A DNA stretch of 32,000 nt from Flavobacteriaceae bacterium (GCA_965224465.1 OZ245049.1:4500001-4532000), one strand, 5' to 3'. Positions 17,700 through 27,037 are shown, counted from the first letter of the stretch. Notes: generated from the sequence alone by a model not told the origin. Numbers and translations are program-made.

Positions 17700-18790
17700 G
17701 GCTCAACTAGCATTTAGCGTTGTTATAAAAATTTTGTCATAATCAGTTTGGATATTGTTATATATTTTAATTGCATTTGAACGTTTCATTGAGTACTTAA
17801 GGACAGTAACTACCCAATTTGATTCTTTACGATATGAATCTTTAATTGTTTGCCAATTTAAATATTTTTGAAGATATTTTGTGGATACTCCTTTTAATTT
17901 TACGTTACAAAATGTCTTTAACCTACTATGCAAACTATTGATGTGCTGAATATGATAAGTCCCTTTGACTCGTTGGTTTTTACTACTGTTTAAAACATGA
18001 TGCTCTAAATGTAAATCCTTACTAAACCCAGTAAAACTACGGTGTCCATCAGAACAAAATACGGTTCTATTATCTACCATGCTTCCGATAGTGTTTTTTA
18101 TATTACTCTTGGTAATTCTGCCCATATTTGTAAATTTAGAAACGCATAGTTCTGCTCTATCTTGGGTTGTTAATACCGTTGCGTATTCTTTTGTTATACC
18201 TGCCCCTTTCTTTTCGGATCTACTTCTGGGAGGTCTATGTACACACTTTTTACCTTTTTGACTGTGTAAATAAAAGGTCTCATCACTCTCGGTGATTCCT
18301 TTGAAATGACCTGTGGTTTCTTGGAACATAGCAGATAAAAAACGATGACGCCATCTAAATGCCGTCCCTGGATCTATGGAAAGATCCTTTCCTGTTTTAA
18401 CCAAACTTAAATTCAATTCAAGTGTTTTTAAAAAGGCTGGTATGCGTTGCTTTTTGTGTATCCCAGCTAGCCAACTGCCGGTAAATTCAGTAAAAGTACG
18501 TTTACAATCTTTACATTTATAACGCCTGCTGTTTTTATCAACACCTGCTTTTATATAGTGATAGCCATTGCAGTAAGGGCATTCACCCCTTCTGTCATCT
18601 AAAGCATTCCCTCTCATTTTAATAATATCTACATAACTTCCTGATTTACAAAGAGACTGAAATTCTTTAAGCAAAATATCCTGCTTAGTTACATCTAGAC
18701 AGTCAAAATATTTTAAAATAGCTGAATTATCCATAATGATTCTGTTTTTCAGTAAGTTACGAAATAAATACGCTATTTACAAGTTGAGCC
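17700..18790 (-). mobile_element. IS1595-family insertion sequence (1091 bp), apparently intact
   Basis: Imperfect terminal inverted repeats GGCTCAACTAGCATTTAGCG / GGCTCAACTTGTAAATAGCG (16 of 20). Flanked by the 8-bp direct repeat ATCAATTG (17692-17699 and 18791-18798). Carries a single transposase ORF. Confidence 0.85.
17703..18734 (-). CDS. IS1595-family (ISXO2-like DDE) transposase
   Basis: N-terminal zinc ribbon CPYCNGYHYIKAG...YKCKDCKRTFT, then DDE-type core with ESDETF, CSDGHRSF and HIQHINSLHSRLK. Confidence 0.85.
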   Translation of the reverse strand: MDNSAILKYFDCLDVTKQDILLKEFQSLCKSGSYVDIIKMRGNALDDRRGECPYCNGYHYIKAGVDKNSRRYKCKDCKRTFTEFTGSWLAGIHKKQRIPAFLKTLELNLSLVKTGKDLSIDPGTAFRWRHRFLSAMFQETTGHFKGITESDETFYLHSQKGKKCVHRPPRSRSEKKGAGITKEYATVLTTQDRAELCVSKFTNMGRITKSNIKNTIGSMVDNRTVFCSDGHRSFTGFSKDLHLEHHVLNSSKNQRVKGTYHIQHINSLHSRLKTFCNVKLKGVSTKYLQKYLNWQTIKDSYRKESNWVVTVLKYSMKRSNAIKIYNNIQTDYDKIFITTLNAS

Positions 18791-18938
18791 ATCAATTGCT
18801 AATAAGTTGTTAAGTAGCGCCTTGATGTTTTAAGGCTTATCACCATCATACACTCCATCTCACTACGAGTATATAATATGTGCCACTAATGAAAAGAATC
18901 ACTTTAAATGTGATCAATAAATAAAGAATTAAGAAATA
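18791..18938 (+). pseudogene. HmuY-like pseudogene, 3' segment
   Basis: Homology to 24757-24959 with an internal deletion of roughly 70-85 bp. Ends with the same AAGAAATAG as the intact gene. Confidence 0.75.
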
Positions 18939-18974
18939 GAGATCGAATATTTTTTTGGGTCGAAATAATGCATA

Positions 18975-19051
18975 ATACTAAATACATTTCCAAGTGACGG
19001 TTTAAAAACAAACTATTTATATAGGTCATTTCGGATTGTGTGGTATAATTC
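18975..19051 (+). repeat. intergenic stem-forming repeat, copy 3 (short form)
   Basis: ATACTAAATACATTTCCAAGTGACGGTTTAAAAACAAACTATTTATATAGGTCATTTCGGATTGTGTGGTATAATTC. Confidence 0.85.
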
Positions 19052-19118
19052 TCCACAATGCCATTTTTGGCATAAATAAATTGCATTACAATTAGTAATA
19101 ATTAAATTTTAAATAAGT

Positions 19119-20906
19119 ATGAAAACAATTAAATTAGTTGCAGTGTTATTTATAATGCTGAGTGTATTCGCTTCTTGCGATAAAGATGATACTGATTTTT
19201 CAGAAGGAAAGGCTCTGGAAAATACCGAGTTAAAAACAGTACTTAAAGCTATGGGATATGAGTTTGATGCTGATAATAAGCTGATTGTAAATGACAAGGC
19301 GATACAGACAAAAAGTCTTGACTTATCGGGGAAAAAATTAACAAGCTTTACAGGTTTAGAAATTTTTCCTCATTTAACAGAAGTAAACTTAGCTAATAAT
19401 ATGTTTGAAGACCCAGACTTTAGCAAGTTACCAGTAACAATTATAAAGCTGAATTTATCAAACAATCATCTCCAAGAGTTAGATTTTATAAAACTGCCTT
19501 TAGCAGTTAATGAGTTAGATTTACAAGGCAATAAACTTTACGAGTTTAAAACGCTAAAGCCTGAGCGTAAGTTTGCAAAATTATACTTACCAGAAACGGC
19601 TAAGTACAATACGGACGAAGTATTGGCATATTACACAGCCAATAAAATGTTAGATATACAAATAAGAACAGGTGGTAAATTAATAAAATATACGAGCCTG
19701 CGTAGCGTACCGGATCCTCTTTTACGTGCTGGTCTGAAACAAAAATTCCCTTCGGTATTTACAGGTGATAAAATTGATCTTTCAAAAGAAATGGCTGTTT
19801 TAGAAGGAGAAAAAGGATTGCTGTTGTTGAATGGAGATCTTCCTTACAATAAGGATGTTAAGTCATTAGAAGGGATTCAGTACATTGCCAATTTTAAAAA
19901 CTTTTCTGGAAATGTAAAGGTACATATGAAAGCTTCGTTAGGTACAAGTATTGGCTATTTTAAAGTGTCAAAAGAAGTTTCAGTGTTGCAGTTTGTTAAT
20001 GTTAACTTTACGGAAGCCATTGATTGGAAAAGTGCAAAGAAATTGATTTCTTTTGGACTAGGAAATGCAACAGGCTTGCAAGAAGTTGACCTCTCCTTTT
20101 CAGAAGCCTTTGGTAAAATAGCCAGTCCTTTTGGAGTAGAGATTGCTTTGTTAGATTGTCCAGATTTAGAAAAAGTTGTTTTTCCAAGTCGTGATAAACA
20201 AAATTTTGCTGGATTTATGTTTCAAAACCTTCCTAATTTGAAAGAACTTGACCTATCAAAAATAGGATCTTTAGAGTCTGGTTTACACAATTCATTATTG
20301 GGGCTTCCTTCTTGTTGGATTAAATATCCTACGGCGTTAAATTCAACAGGCGATGGTGAGAAAATTTTACTATACATAGACAAGGGGGTTGGTGAAAAGT
20401 CTGAAACAAAATCTTTTACGGAAAAATCCAAGAATATATTAAGTTCCGAGATCTATAAAAAATCAGTAAATTCAAGTCAAAAACCTGCTGTTGGTAATGC
20501 TACATTCACCGGAGATTATTTGGGAGTTTCAAAGCCAATCATAAATGATAAAAAGTACAAGGATGTGGCCAGCACTTTTAAATTGTCTCAAAGCCAAACA
20601 GGTACTAATAAAATGAATATTTATCTGCCTCCTTTTAAAACTGATAAGATGCCAGGTAAATTAAAAATTGACATAAAAAATACGGAGTTTACAACCGCTT
20701 ATAATGGCAATATTTCCTTTGTAGGATCCCAGCCAAAGTGTGTTACATTCAAATTAACATCTTGGCCATTCATCACTTATAGTGCTAAAGGTGATTATAA
20801 AGGAACTATAATAAATAAGAAGTTTTACTTTTTTATTCATGCCGAAAAGAAAACGAGTTTTTTAGATGTTATAGCTGAAGTGACTTTTAATGGTACTAAG
20901 CAATAA
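19119..20906 (+). CDS. surface lipoprotein with two leucine-rich-repeat modules and a C-terminal beta-rich domain (paralog A)
   Basis: Lipobox LSVFASC. LRR units LDLSGKKLTSFTGLEIFPHLTEVNLANNMF, LNLSNNHLQELDF, LDLQGNKLYEF. Second LRR block NLPNLKELDLSKIGSLE. Paralog of 25244-27028. Confidence 0.8.
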   Translation: MKTIKLVAVLFIMLSVFASCDKDDTDFSEGKALENTELKTVLKAMGYEFDADNKLIVNDKAIQTKSLDLSGKKLTSFTGLEIFPHLTEVNLANNMFEDPDFSKLPVTIIKLNLSNNHLQELDFIKLPLAVNELDLQGNKLYEFKTLKPERKFAKLYLPETAKYNTDEVLAYYTANKMLDIQIRTGGKLIKYTSLRSVPDPLLRAGLKQKFPSVFTGDKIDLSKEMAVLEGEKGLLLLNGDLPYNKDVKSLEGIQYIANFKNFSGNVKVHMKASLGTSIGYFKVSKEVSVLQFVNVNFTEAIDWKSAKKLISFGLGNATGLQEVDLSFSEAFGKIASPFGVEIALLDCPDLEKVVFPSRDKQNFAGFMFQNLPNLKELDLSKIGSLESGLHNSLLGLPSCWIKYPTALNSTGDGEKILLYIDKGVGEKSETKSFTEKSKNILSSEIYKKSVNSSQKPAVGNATFTGDYLGVSKPIINDKKYKDVASTFKLSQSQTGTNKMNIYLPPFKTDKMPGKLKIDIKNTEFTTAYNGNISFVGSQPKCVTFKLTSWPFITYSAKGDYKGTIINKKFYFFIHAEKKTSFLDVIAEVTFNGTKQ

Positions 20907-20914
20907 CTAATGGA

Positions 20915-20953
20915 ATGGATAGTTGATTCTTATTTTTAGTGTCATCTATCCAT
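20915..20953 (+). terminator. conserved long hairpin after the LRR-lipoprotein gene (copy 2 of 3)
   Basis: ATGGATAG TTGATTCT..AGTGTCA T CTATCCAT followed by TTTT. Confidence 0.6.
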
Positions 20954-21054
20954 TTTTAATTGTGTTTTTTATTTTCACAATCATGTTTTGTACAGCCATT
21001 TTGTTAATTATTGCAGGAATAATTATGAATGTACGAACAGTAAAAAAGTAAGTA

Positions 21055-21217
21055 ATTCAAATACATTTCCAAGTAACGGTTTAGGATTTGAATTGTTTTT
21101 TGTTTTAGCTAGTCGAATAATCTAAGGATTGGCATTAGCTATCGTTCTTTTTTTATACAACGCTAGAATGTGAAATAAACTATTTATATCGGTTATTTTG
21201 GATTGTAATTGCTATAA
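21055..21217 (+). repeat. intergenic stem-forming repeat, copy 4 (long form)
   Basis: ATTCAAATACATTTCCAAGTAACGGTTTAGGATTTGAATTGTTTTTTGTTTTAGCTAGTCG...ACAACGCTAGAATGTGAAATAAACTATTTATATCGGTTATTTTGGATTGTAATTGCTATAA. Confidence 0.85.
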
Positions 21218-21880
21218 AGTATGTTTTGTTCTTGCTGGATTTTATCTTTTAGTGAGGCTTGGTATTTGTGGTTCTATGTTGGCTTAGTACAAACCGTTTT
21301 TTGTTCTTATACTTTTTCTTGTTTTTCTTTTATGCTGTTTTAAAAGTGTGGTTTTACCTTGTAGTTTCTAAAGCTGCTCACTAGGTATTTTAACCAATAT
21401 GATTTCCGTACACTTGTCTATTATGAACATAGGTTAATAATAGACGAGTGTACGATTATTGATCCTTATTTCCATGTTAAAATGTTAAACCACAATCCCG
21501 TGGTTGTATTTTTCTGCTTCTGTTAATCACTTATATTTATGCCTTTAAATAAAAACAAAGCATACATTTTCTTCTATTTATTACAGAGTAGTTCCTAAGT
21601 AAAATTAGATGTAATTCCTTGTTGTCTAAGGGGTATTTCCTTTTATCAGGCGTTGATTATAAAAAGTTTGATAGTGCAATTTATGCTGTTGTAAATCAAC
21701 CCTTTTCGCGTTGTTTTGTGCCTTTTTAGTATAAAACAGCATCGTTTTTATAAAAAACAATTATTTTTAAAATAATCGTACACGGCTGATTATCAGTATC
21801 TAAAAATTATAATTAGCGTTGTTATTTAGGTTTGTCTTGAAATTAAAATTATTTTAGTGTACGTCATCTAATTTAAATTA

Positions 21881-21888
21881 TATCTTTG
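21881..21888 (+). promoter_or_regulatory. candidate -7 box (TATCTTTG) for the TonB-dependent receptor operon
   Basis: TAnnTTTG match ending 28 nt upstream of the ATG at 21917. The decayed unit keeps a -7 box (TACTTTTG) at the equivalent position (17154-17161). Confidence 0.4.
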
Positions 21889-21916
21889 CAGTTTTTATTA
21901 AGACTAATTATAAATT

Positions 21917-24238
21917 ATGAAGAGTATAAAAGCGCTTTTGTTACTATTGGCATTCTATAGTAATTCCACGGTTTTTTATGGTCAGCAAAAAATGATTTTA
22001 AAGGACGCTGAAACTTTAGAAGTTTTAGAAACAGCAGAAGTTATATTTTCTTTGGCTAAAGACATGAAAAAGTCTAAAGGATGTGTATCCAATAATTTAG
22101 GTGAAATTGCCATTCCGTATGCCAAAGCGTGTTATTACAAAGCTTTTTTTATAGGTTACGAAACTAAAAAAGGTAAAATACGTACGGCTAAAAATACCTT
22201 CACAATATTCCTTAATCCTATCGGGCATGAATTAGATCAAGTGGTTATAACAGGTAGTAGAGCACCTAGGTCTATAAAATTATCTCCCGTAGTAACACAG
22301 GTGATACCTGCTTCTAGACTTACAGAATCTGGTTTTAAAGATATTCAAGGTGCATTAATGCAAGAGATGCCTGGCCTTAATTTTCAAAAAGTTGGTTTTG
22401 GAACAGATATTAATATTTCTGGTTTAGATGCTAGACATATATTATTTCTTATTGATGGAGAAAGGCTTACAGGAGAAATGGCGGGTAATTTAGACTACCA
22501 AAGGTTTAACTTACACGCAATAGATAGAATAGAAATTGTAAAAGGTGCATCTTCTACTTTATATGGTTCTAGAGCAGCAGGAGCAGTTATTAATATGATA
22601 ACAAAAAAAACAAAAAAACCTTTTGTTGCCAAAATTGGAGCTCGCTACGGGCAAATGAATGAAGTGAATTACAAAAAGCCTCGTAAATCAAACTTTCTTT
22701 ACATGTATCAAAAAAATGTAGATAAGCCTAATTTACAAGCATGGGCTTCTGTGGGGAGTAATATTGGGGACTTTACTTCACAAACAGATGTACTGTATAG
22801 TAGTTCAGATGCTTTTTATTTATTTCAATCAGGCTACGATATTAAAAAGTTTCCTGCGGATCCTAAAATTGGATTGAAGGAAGAAGTTACTATAACCTCT
22901 TGGTTGCCAAGACCTCCTCTAGGTGTCGAAGGATCGGAACATGTAAATATTTCTCAGAAATTATACTATGATCCGTCTACCAATTTATCTGCCCAATTAT
23001 ACGGTTCTTTATTTTTTCTAAATACGTATGATTTAGTACAAGATTTGCAATTTTCACAAGCAAAAGATATTACGGGAGGTGTAAATATAGCTTACAATTT
23101 TAATGATTTTGCAAAGGTGACATTAAGTATGCATTCTGATTTTTACAAACGGTTTAAAAGGCAAGAGCGCATAGATACTAGAGATATAGTGTATGACTCT
23201 CAGATTTATCAGCCTCGTATTATTATTTCTTCTGAATATTTTAAGAACAATAGTATATTATTTGGAATAGAATATTTTAAAGATGATTTAACTAGTGACC
23301 GTTTTAAAAACAACAAATTAGTAAAACGAAGTAAGAAAGATTTGGATGTTTTTTTACAAAACGAATACAATATTACTGATAAAATTATGATAGTTGGAGG
23401 TTTTCGTTCCAGTTATAATGAAAATTATGGAACCAACATAGCTCCAAAATTAGCCGTAAAATATTCTCCATCAAATCCTGTGTCTATACGTTTTAATTAT
23501 GCTGCAGGGTATAGGTCTCCCTCCATAAAAGAACTGTATTTTAATTGGGATCATTTAGGGATGTTTCAAATTGTAGGAGATGAAAATTTACAGCCAGAAA
23601 AAAATAATTATTTTTCTATTTCTAGTGAGTACAGGACCCGAAAGCTGTTTTTTTCCGGAAATGTGTATGCTAATTATTTCAGAAATAAAATAGAAGGAGT
23701 ATGGAGAATTTATAATTTTCAATACAATTTTGAATACAGAAACCTATCAAAAAACGCCATATTAGGGACTGAAATAGTAGGTCGTGTAAAATTGAGCGAT
23801 CCTTTATCTATAAGCCTTTCATATTCTTACGTGCATGTTGATAAAGTAGAAGGGATACAAATAAATACATCTTCACCTCATACAGGAAATATACGCTTTG
23901 AATATCAATACAAAAAAGAAGATTATAAGCTAAAAGCAAATTTAAGCCTTGCCATTACAGGGAAAAAAGAATTTAGTGTACAAGATAAAATAGTATTAAA
24001 AGGAAAAACATACGATGCTTTTTTTGAAGTAGAAACACCTACGTATGTTATGTGTAATTTATCCATCAATCAAAAATTTAAAAACAGAACAGAACTTACA
24101 ACAGGAATAGATAATCTGTTTAACTATAAGCCTAAAACATTAGGTGCTGGAGTTACAATGTTTAACGTCCCTGCAACCTCTGGACTCAGGTTTTTTGTCC
24201 AAATGAACTTTACTTTAGATAAATTTTTTAATAATTAA
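21917..24238 (+). CDS. TonB-dependent outer-membrane receptor with N-terminal carboxypeptidase-regulatory-like domain
   Basis: Signal peptide, then a small beta-sandwich-like N-domain. Plug region DQVVITGSR...ISGLD...FLIDGERL...IDRIEIVKGASSTLYGSRAAGAVINMITKK, followed by a long beta-barrel with alternating Y/F strands. Confidence 0.9.
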   Translation: MKSIKALLLLLAFYSNSTVFYGQQKMILKDAETLEVLETAEVIFSLAKDMKKSKGCVSNNLGEIAIPYAKACYYKAFFIGYETKKGKIRTAKNTFTIFLNPIGHELDQVVITGSRAPRSIKLSPVVTQVIPASRLTESGFKDIQGALMQEMPGLNFQKVGFGTDINISGLDARHILFLIDGERLTGEMAGNLDYQRFNLHAIDRIEIVKGASSTLYGSRAAGAVINMITKKTKKPFVAKIGARYGQMNEVNYKKPRKSNFLYMYQKNVDKPNLQAWASVGSNIGDFTSQTDVLYSSSDAFYLFQSGYDIKKFPADPKIGLKEEVTITSWLPRPPLGVEGSEHVNISQKLYYDPSTNLSAQLYGSLFFLNTYDLVQDLQFSQAKDITGGVNIAYNFNDFAKVTLSMHSDFYKRFKRQERIDTRDIVYDSQIYQPRIIISSEYFKNNSILFGIEYFKDDLTSDRFKNNKLVKRSKKDLDVFLQNEYNITDKIMIVGGFRSSYNENYGTNIAPKLAVKYSPSNPVSIRFNYAAGYRSPSIKELYFNWDHLGMFQIVGDENLQPEKNNYFSISSEYRTRKLFFSGNVYANYFRNKIEGVWRIYNFQYNFEYRNLSKNAILGTEIVGRVKLSDPLSISLSYSYVHVDKVEGIQINTSSPHTGNIRFEYQYKKEDYKLKANLSLAITGKKEFSVQDKIVLKGKTYDAFFEVETPTYVMCNLSINQKFKNRTELTTGIDNLFNYKPKTLGAGVTMFNVPATSGLRFFVQMNFTLDKFFNN

Positions 24239-24251
24239 GCAAAGGGTAATT

Positions 24252-24959
24252 ATGAAAATAAAAATAGCACTTATAATATGTGTAGTACTAAGTATATTAA
24301 CCGCTTGTGTAAAATACGATGCCGAGCCATTTAGTGGAAAAACACTTCCTAGAAGAACGGAATATAGTAACGATTGGTTATACTATAATTTAACGAAGGA
24401 TACATATTTAAACCCGCATAAATCAGAATCGGGAGATTCTATAAAGGGAACCAAAAGTATTATAATAGAAGGAAAGCAATTCAACCGAAACGATTGGGAT
24501 ATTGCCTTTAACCGATACAATATTAGAACCAATAGCGGACTAAGCGGTACGGAAAAAGGAGGCGTTTATGATATGGGACTTGTTGCCTATGAAGATATTG
24601 TATCGCTAACACAAATACCCGACAATGCTGAATTTATAAAGGATTCTGTAGTTAAAATTACGATGAGTGAGAAGATGTGGAACAAACTATACTTCCCTAT
24701 AAATAAAGAGCCGTGGTTCGATCCTAATTCGGGACCTAAGCAAATGAAATCTACAGCTAATAAGTTGCTAAGTAGCGCCTTGATGTTTTCTGGGCCGCCA
24801 CCATCATATACGCCTTCTAATCATGTGTATATAATTCGTACTGCTGATGGAATGAATTATTTTAAATTACAAATTATTAGTTGGTATGATCAATATAAAA
24901 ATATTGGACAGCGAGGTGGGAAAATTAGCTTTAAATGTGATCAATTATTAAAGAAATAG
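24252..24959 (+). CDS. HmuY-like lipoprotein
   Basis: Lipobox LSILTAC. DWDIAFNRYNIRTNSG and a C-terminal YFKLQIISWYD pattern typical of HmuY-family proteins. Lies immediately downstream of the receptor. Confidence 0.75.
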   Translation: MKIKIALIICVVLSILTACVKYDAEPFSGKTLPRRTEYSNDWLYYNLTKDTYLNPHKSESGDSIKGTKSIIIEGKQFNRNDWDIAFNRYNIRTNSGLSGTEKGGVYDMGLVAYEDIVSLTQIPDNAEFIKDSVVKITMSEKMWNKLYFPINKEPWFDPNSGPKQMKSTANKLLSSALMFSGPPPSYTPSNHVYIIRTADGMNYFKLQIISWYDQYKNIGQRGGKISFKCDQLLKK

Positions 24960-24994
24960 AGATCGAATATTTTTTGGACTCAAAATAATGCATC

Positions 24995-25160
24995 ATACCA
25001 AATGCATTTCCAAGTGATGGTTTAGAAATGGGATTATTTTTTGTTTTAGCTAGACAAGAAATGGATGGATAGCCTTAGTTATCGTTCTATTTTATAACAA
25101 TGCCAGCACGTAAAATAAATTATTTATATCGGTCCTTTTGGATTGTTATTGGTGTAATTC
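24995..25160 (+). repeat. intergenic stem-forming repeat, copy 5 (long form)
   Basis: ATACCAAATGCATTTCCAAGTGATGGTTTAGAAATGGGATTATTTTTTGTTTTAGCTAGAC...AACAATGCCAGCACGTAAAATAAATTATTTATATCGGTCCTTTTGGATTGTTATTGGTGTAATTC. Confidence 0.85.
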
Positions 25161-25243
25161 TCCACGATGCCATTTTAAGATGTAAAGAAATTTGCATAAC
25201 AATTAGTGAAAAATAAATAAAAACAATTAAATTTTAAATAGGT

Positions 25244-27028
25244 ATGAAAACAATTAAATTAGTTGCAGTATTATTTATAATGCTGAGTATATTCGCTTCT
25301 TGCGATAAAGATGATGATTTTTCAGAAGGGAAAGTTCTGAAAAATACCGAGTTAAAAACAGTACTTAAAGCTATGGGATATGAGTTTGATGCTGATAATA
25401 AGTTGATTGTAAATGATAAGGCGGCAAAGACAAAAAGTCTTGATTTATCAGGGAAAAAATTAACAAACTTTACGGGTTTAGATATTTTTCCGCTTTTAAC
25501 AGAAGTAAACTTAGCTAATAATATGTTTGAAGACCCAGACTTTAGCAAGTTGCCAGTCACAATTATAAAACTAAATTTATCAAACAATCACCTTCAAGAA
25601 TTTGATTTCACAAAACTGCCTTTAGCTGTTAGGGAGTTAGATTTACAAGGCAATAAACTTTACGAGTATAAAACACTAAAGACTGAGCGAAAGTTCACCA
25701 AATTATACTTGCCAGAAACTGCTAAGTACAATATGGATGAAGTATTGGCATATTACACCGCCAATAAAAAGTTAGATATACAAATAAGAATGGGGAGTAA
25801 ATTAATAAAATATACAAGCCTACGTAGCGTACCCGATCCTCTTTTACGTGCTGGTCTGAAACAAAAATTCCCTTCGGTATTTACAGGTGATAAAATTGAT
25901 CTTTCTAAAGAAATGGCGGTTTTAGAAGGAGGAAATGGACTACTATTAATTAATGAGTATCTTACTTACGATAAGGATGTTAAATCATTAGAAGGGATAC
26001 AGTATATTACCAATTATAAAAACTTTTCTGGAAATATAGTGGTAAATATGAAAGCTTCTCTAGGTACAAGTATTGGCTATTTTAAAGTTTCAAAAGAAGT
26101 TTCAGTATTGCAATTTATTAATGTTAATTTTACGCAAGCCATTGATTTGAAAAATGCAAAGAAATTGATTTCTTTTGGACTGGGAAATGTAAAAGGCTTG
26201 GAAGAAGTTGACCTCTCCTTTTCAGAATCTTTTGGTACAATTGCCAGTCCTTTTGGAGTAGAGATTGCTCTGTTAGATTGCCCAGATCTAGAAAAAGTTG
26301 TTTTTCCAAGTCGTGATAAACAAAATTTTACGGGATTTATGTTTCGAAACCTTCCTAAATTGAAAGAACTTAACCTATCTAAAATTCAATCTTTAGTGTC
26401 AGGTTTTGATAATTTATTAATAGGTCTTCCTTCTTGTAAAATTATATATCCTACGGTGTTAAATGCAACAGATGATGGCGAGAAAATTTTACTATCCATA
26501 GATAAGGAGGTTGGTGAAAAGCCAGAAACCAAAGCTTTTATAGCAAAATTTAAGGATATATTAAGTTCTGAGATCTATGAAAAAACAGCAAATTCAAGTC
26601 AAAAATATGCCGCTAATAACGCTGCGTTTATAGGAGATTATTTGGGGGTTTTAGAACCGATAATGAATGGGAAAACATACAGTAATATTGACCGTACTTT
26701 TACATTGTCTCAAGACCAATCTGGCAGTCATAAAATGAATATTTACCTGCCTCCTTTTAAGGTTGGGACGATGCCTGGTAAATTAAAGGTTGATATTAAA
26801 AACACAAAGTTTACAACCGCTTCTAATGGAAATATTTCATTTGTAGGTTCCCAGCCCAAGTGTGTTTCGCTCAAGTTAAGTTCTTGGCCATACACAAACT
26901 ATAGGTTTAAAGGTGATTATAATGGAACTATAATAAATAACAAGTTTCACTTTTTTATTCATGCCAAAAAGAAAATTATGTTTTGGGATATTACATCCGA
27001 TGTGACTTTTAATGGTACTAAGCAATAA
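25244..27028 (+). CDS. surface lipoprotein with two leucine-rich-repeat modules and a C-terminal beta-rich domain (paralog B)
   Basis: Same architecture as 19119-20906. The N-terminal ~370 aa are nearly identical by eye and the C-terminal ~200 aa are clearly more diverged. Confidence 0.8.
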   Translation: MKTIKLVAVLFIMLSIFASCDKDDDFSEGKVLKNTELKTVLKAMGYEFDADNKLIVNDKAAKTKSLDLSGKKLTNFTGLDIFPLLTEVNLANNMFEDPDFSKLPVTIIKLNLSNNHLQEFDFTKLPLAVRELDLQGNKLYEYKTLKTERKFTKLYLPETAKYNMDEVLAYYTANKKLDIQIRMGSKLIKYTSLRSVPDPLLRAGLKQKFPSVFTGDKIDLSKEMAVLEGGNGLLLINEYLTYDKDVKSLEGIQYITNYKNFSGNIVVNMKASLGTSIGYFKVSKEVSVLQFINVNFTQAIDLKNAKKLISFGLGNVKGLEEVDLSFSESFGTIASPFGVEIALLDCPDLEKVVFPSRDKQNFTGFMFRNLPKLKELNLSKIQSLVSGFDNLLIGLPSCKIIYPTVLNATDDGEKILLSIDKEVGEKPETKAFIAKFKDILSSEIYEKTANSSQKYAANNAAFIGDYLGVLEPIMNGKTYSNIDRTFTLSQDQSGSHKMNIYLPPFKVGTMPGKLKVDIKNTKFTTASNGNISFVGSQPKCVSLKLSSWPYTNYRFKGDYNGTIINNKFHFFIHAKKKIMFWDITSDVTFNGTKQ

Positions 27029-27037
27029 CTAAATATA

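Noticed and set aside
21021-21050. ATGAATGTACGAACAGTAAAAAAGTAA after the first LRR gene might be the stump of a small-lipoprotein gene like 27095-27682 (ATGAGAACAAAAATAATT).
   Set aside because: The similarity is limited to a few A-rich bases. I cannot distinguish a deletion remnant from chance.
21399-21459. 18-bp inverted repeat CGTACACTTGTCTATTAT..ATAATAGACGAGTGTACG around a conserved ACATAGG loop. The other unit has a different but still complementary stem (TCCTTTGTTA..TAATAAAGGA, 16679-16706), resembling covariation.
   Set aside because: In the first unit the stretch lies inside the IS30 transposase remnant reading frame (LLAYVNKG). There are only two sequences to compare, so I cannot separate a real structure from chance in AT-rich degraded DNA. 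Worth re-testing if more copies are found.
21230-21916. Cobalamin or other riboswitch upstream of the TonB-dependent receptor.
   Set aside because: No B12-box-like GC-rich core or other riboswitch core that I recognise. The region is extremely AT-rich, and a good -7 promoter box lies only 28 nt before the ATG, so most of the block is probably not in the mRNA. Only cmscan could exclude this formally.
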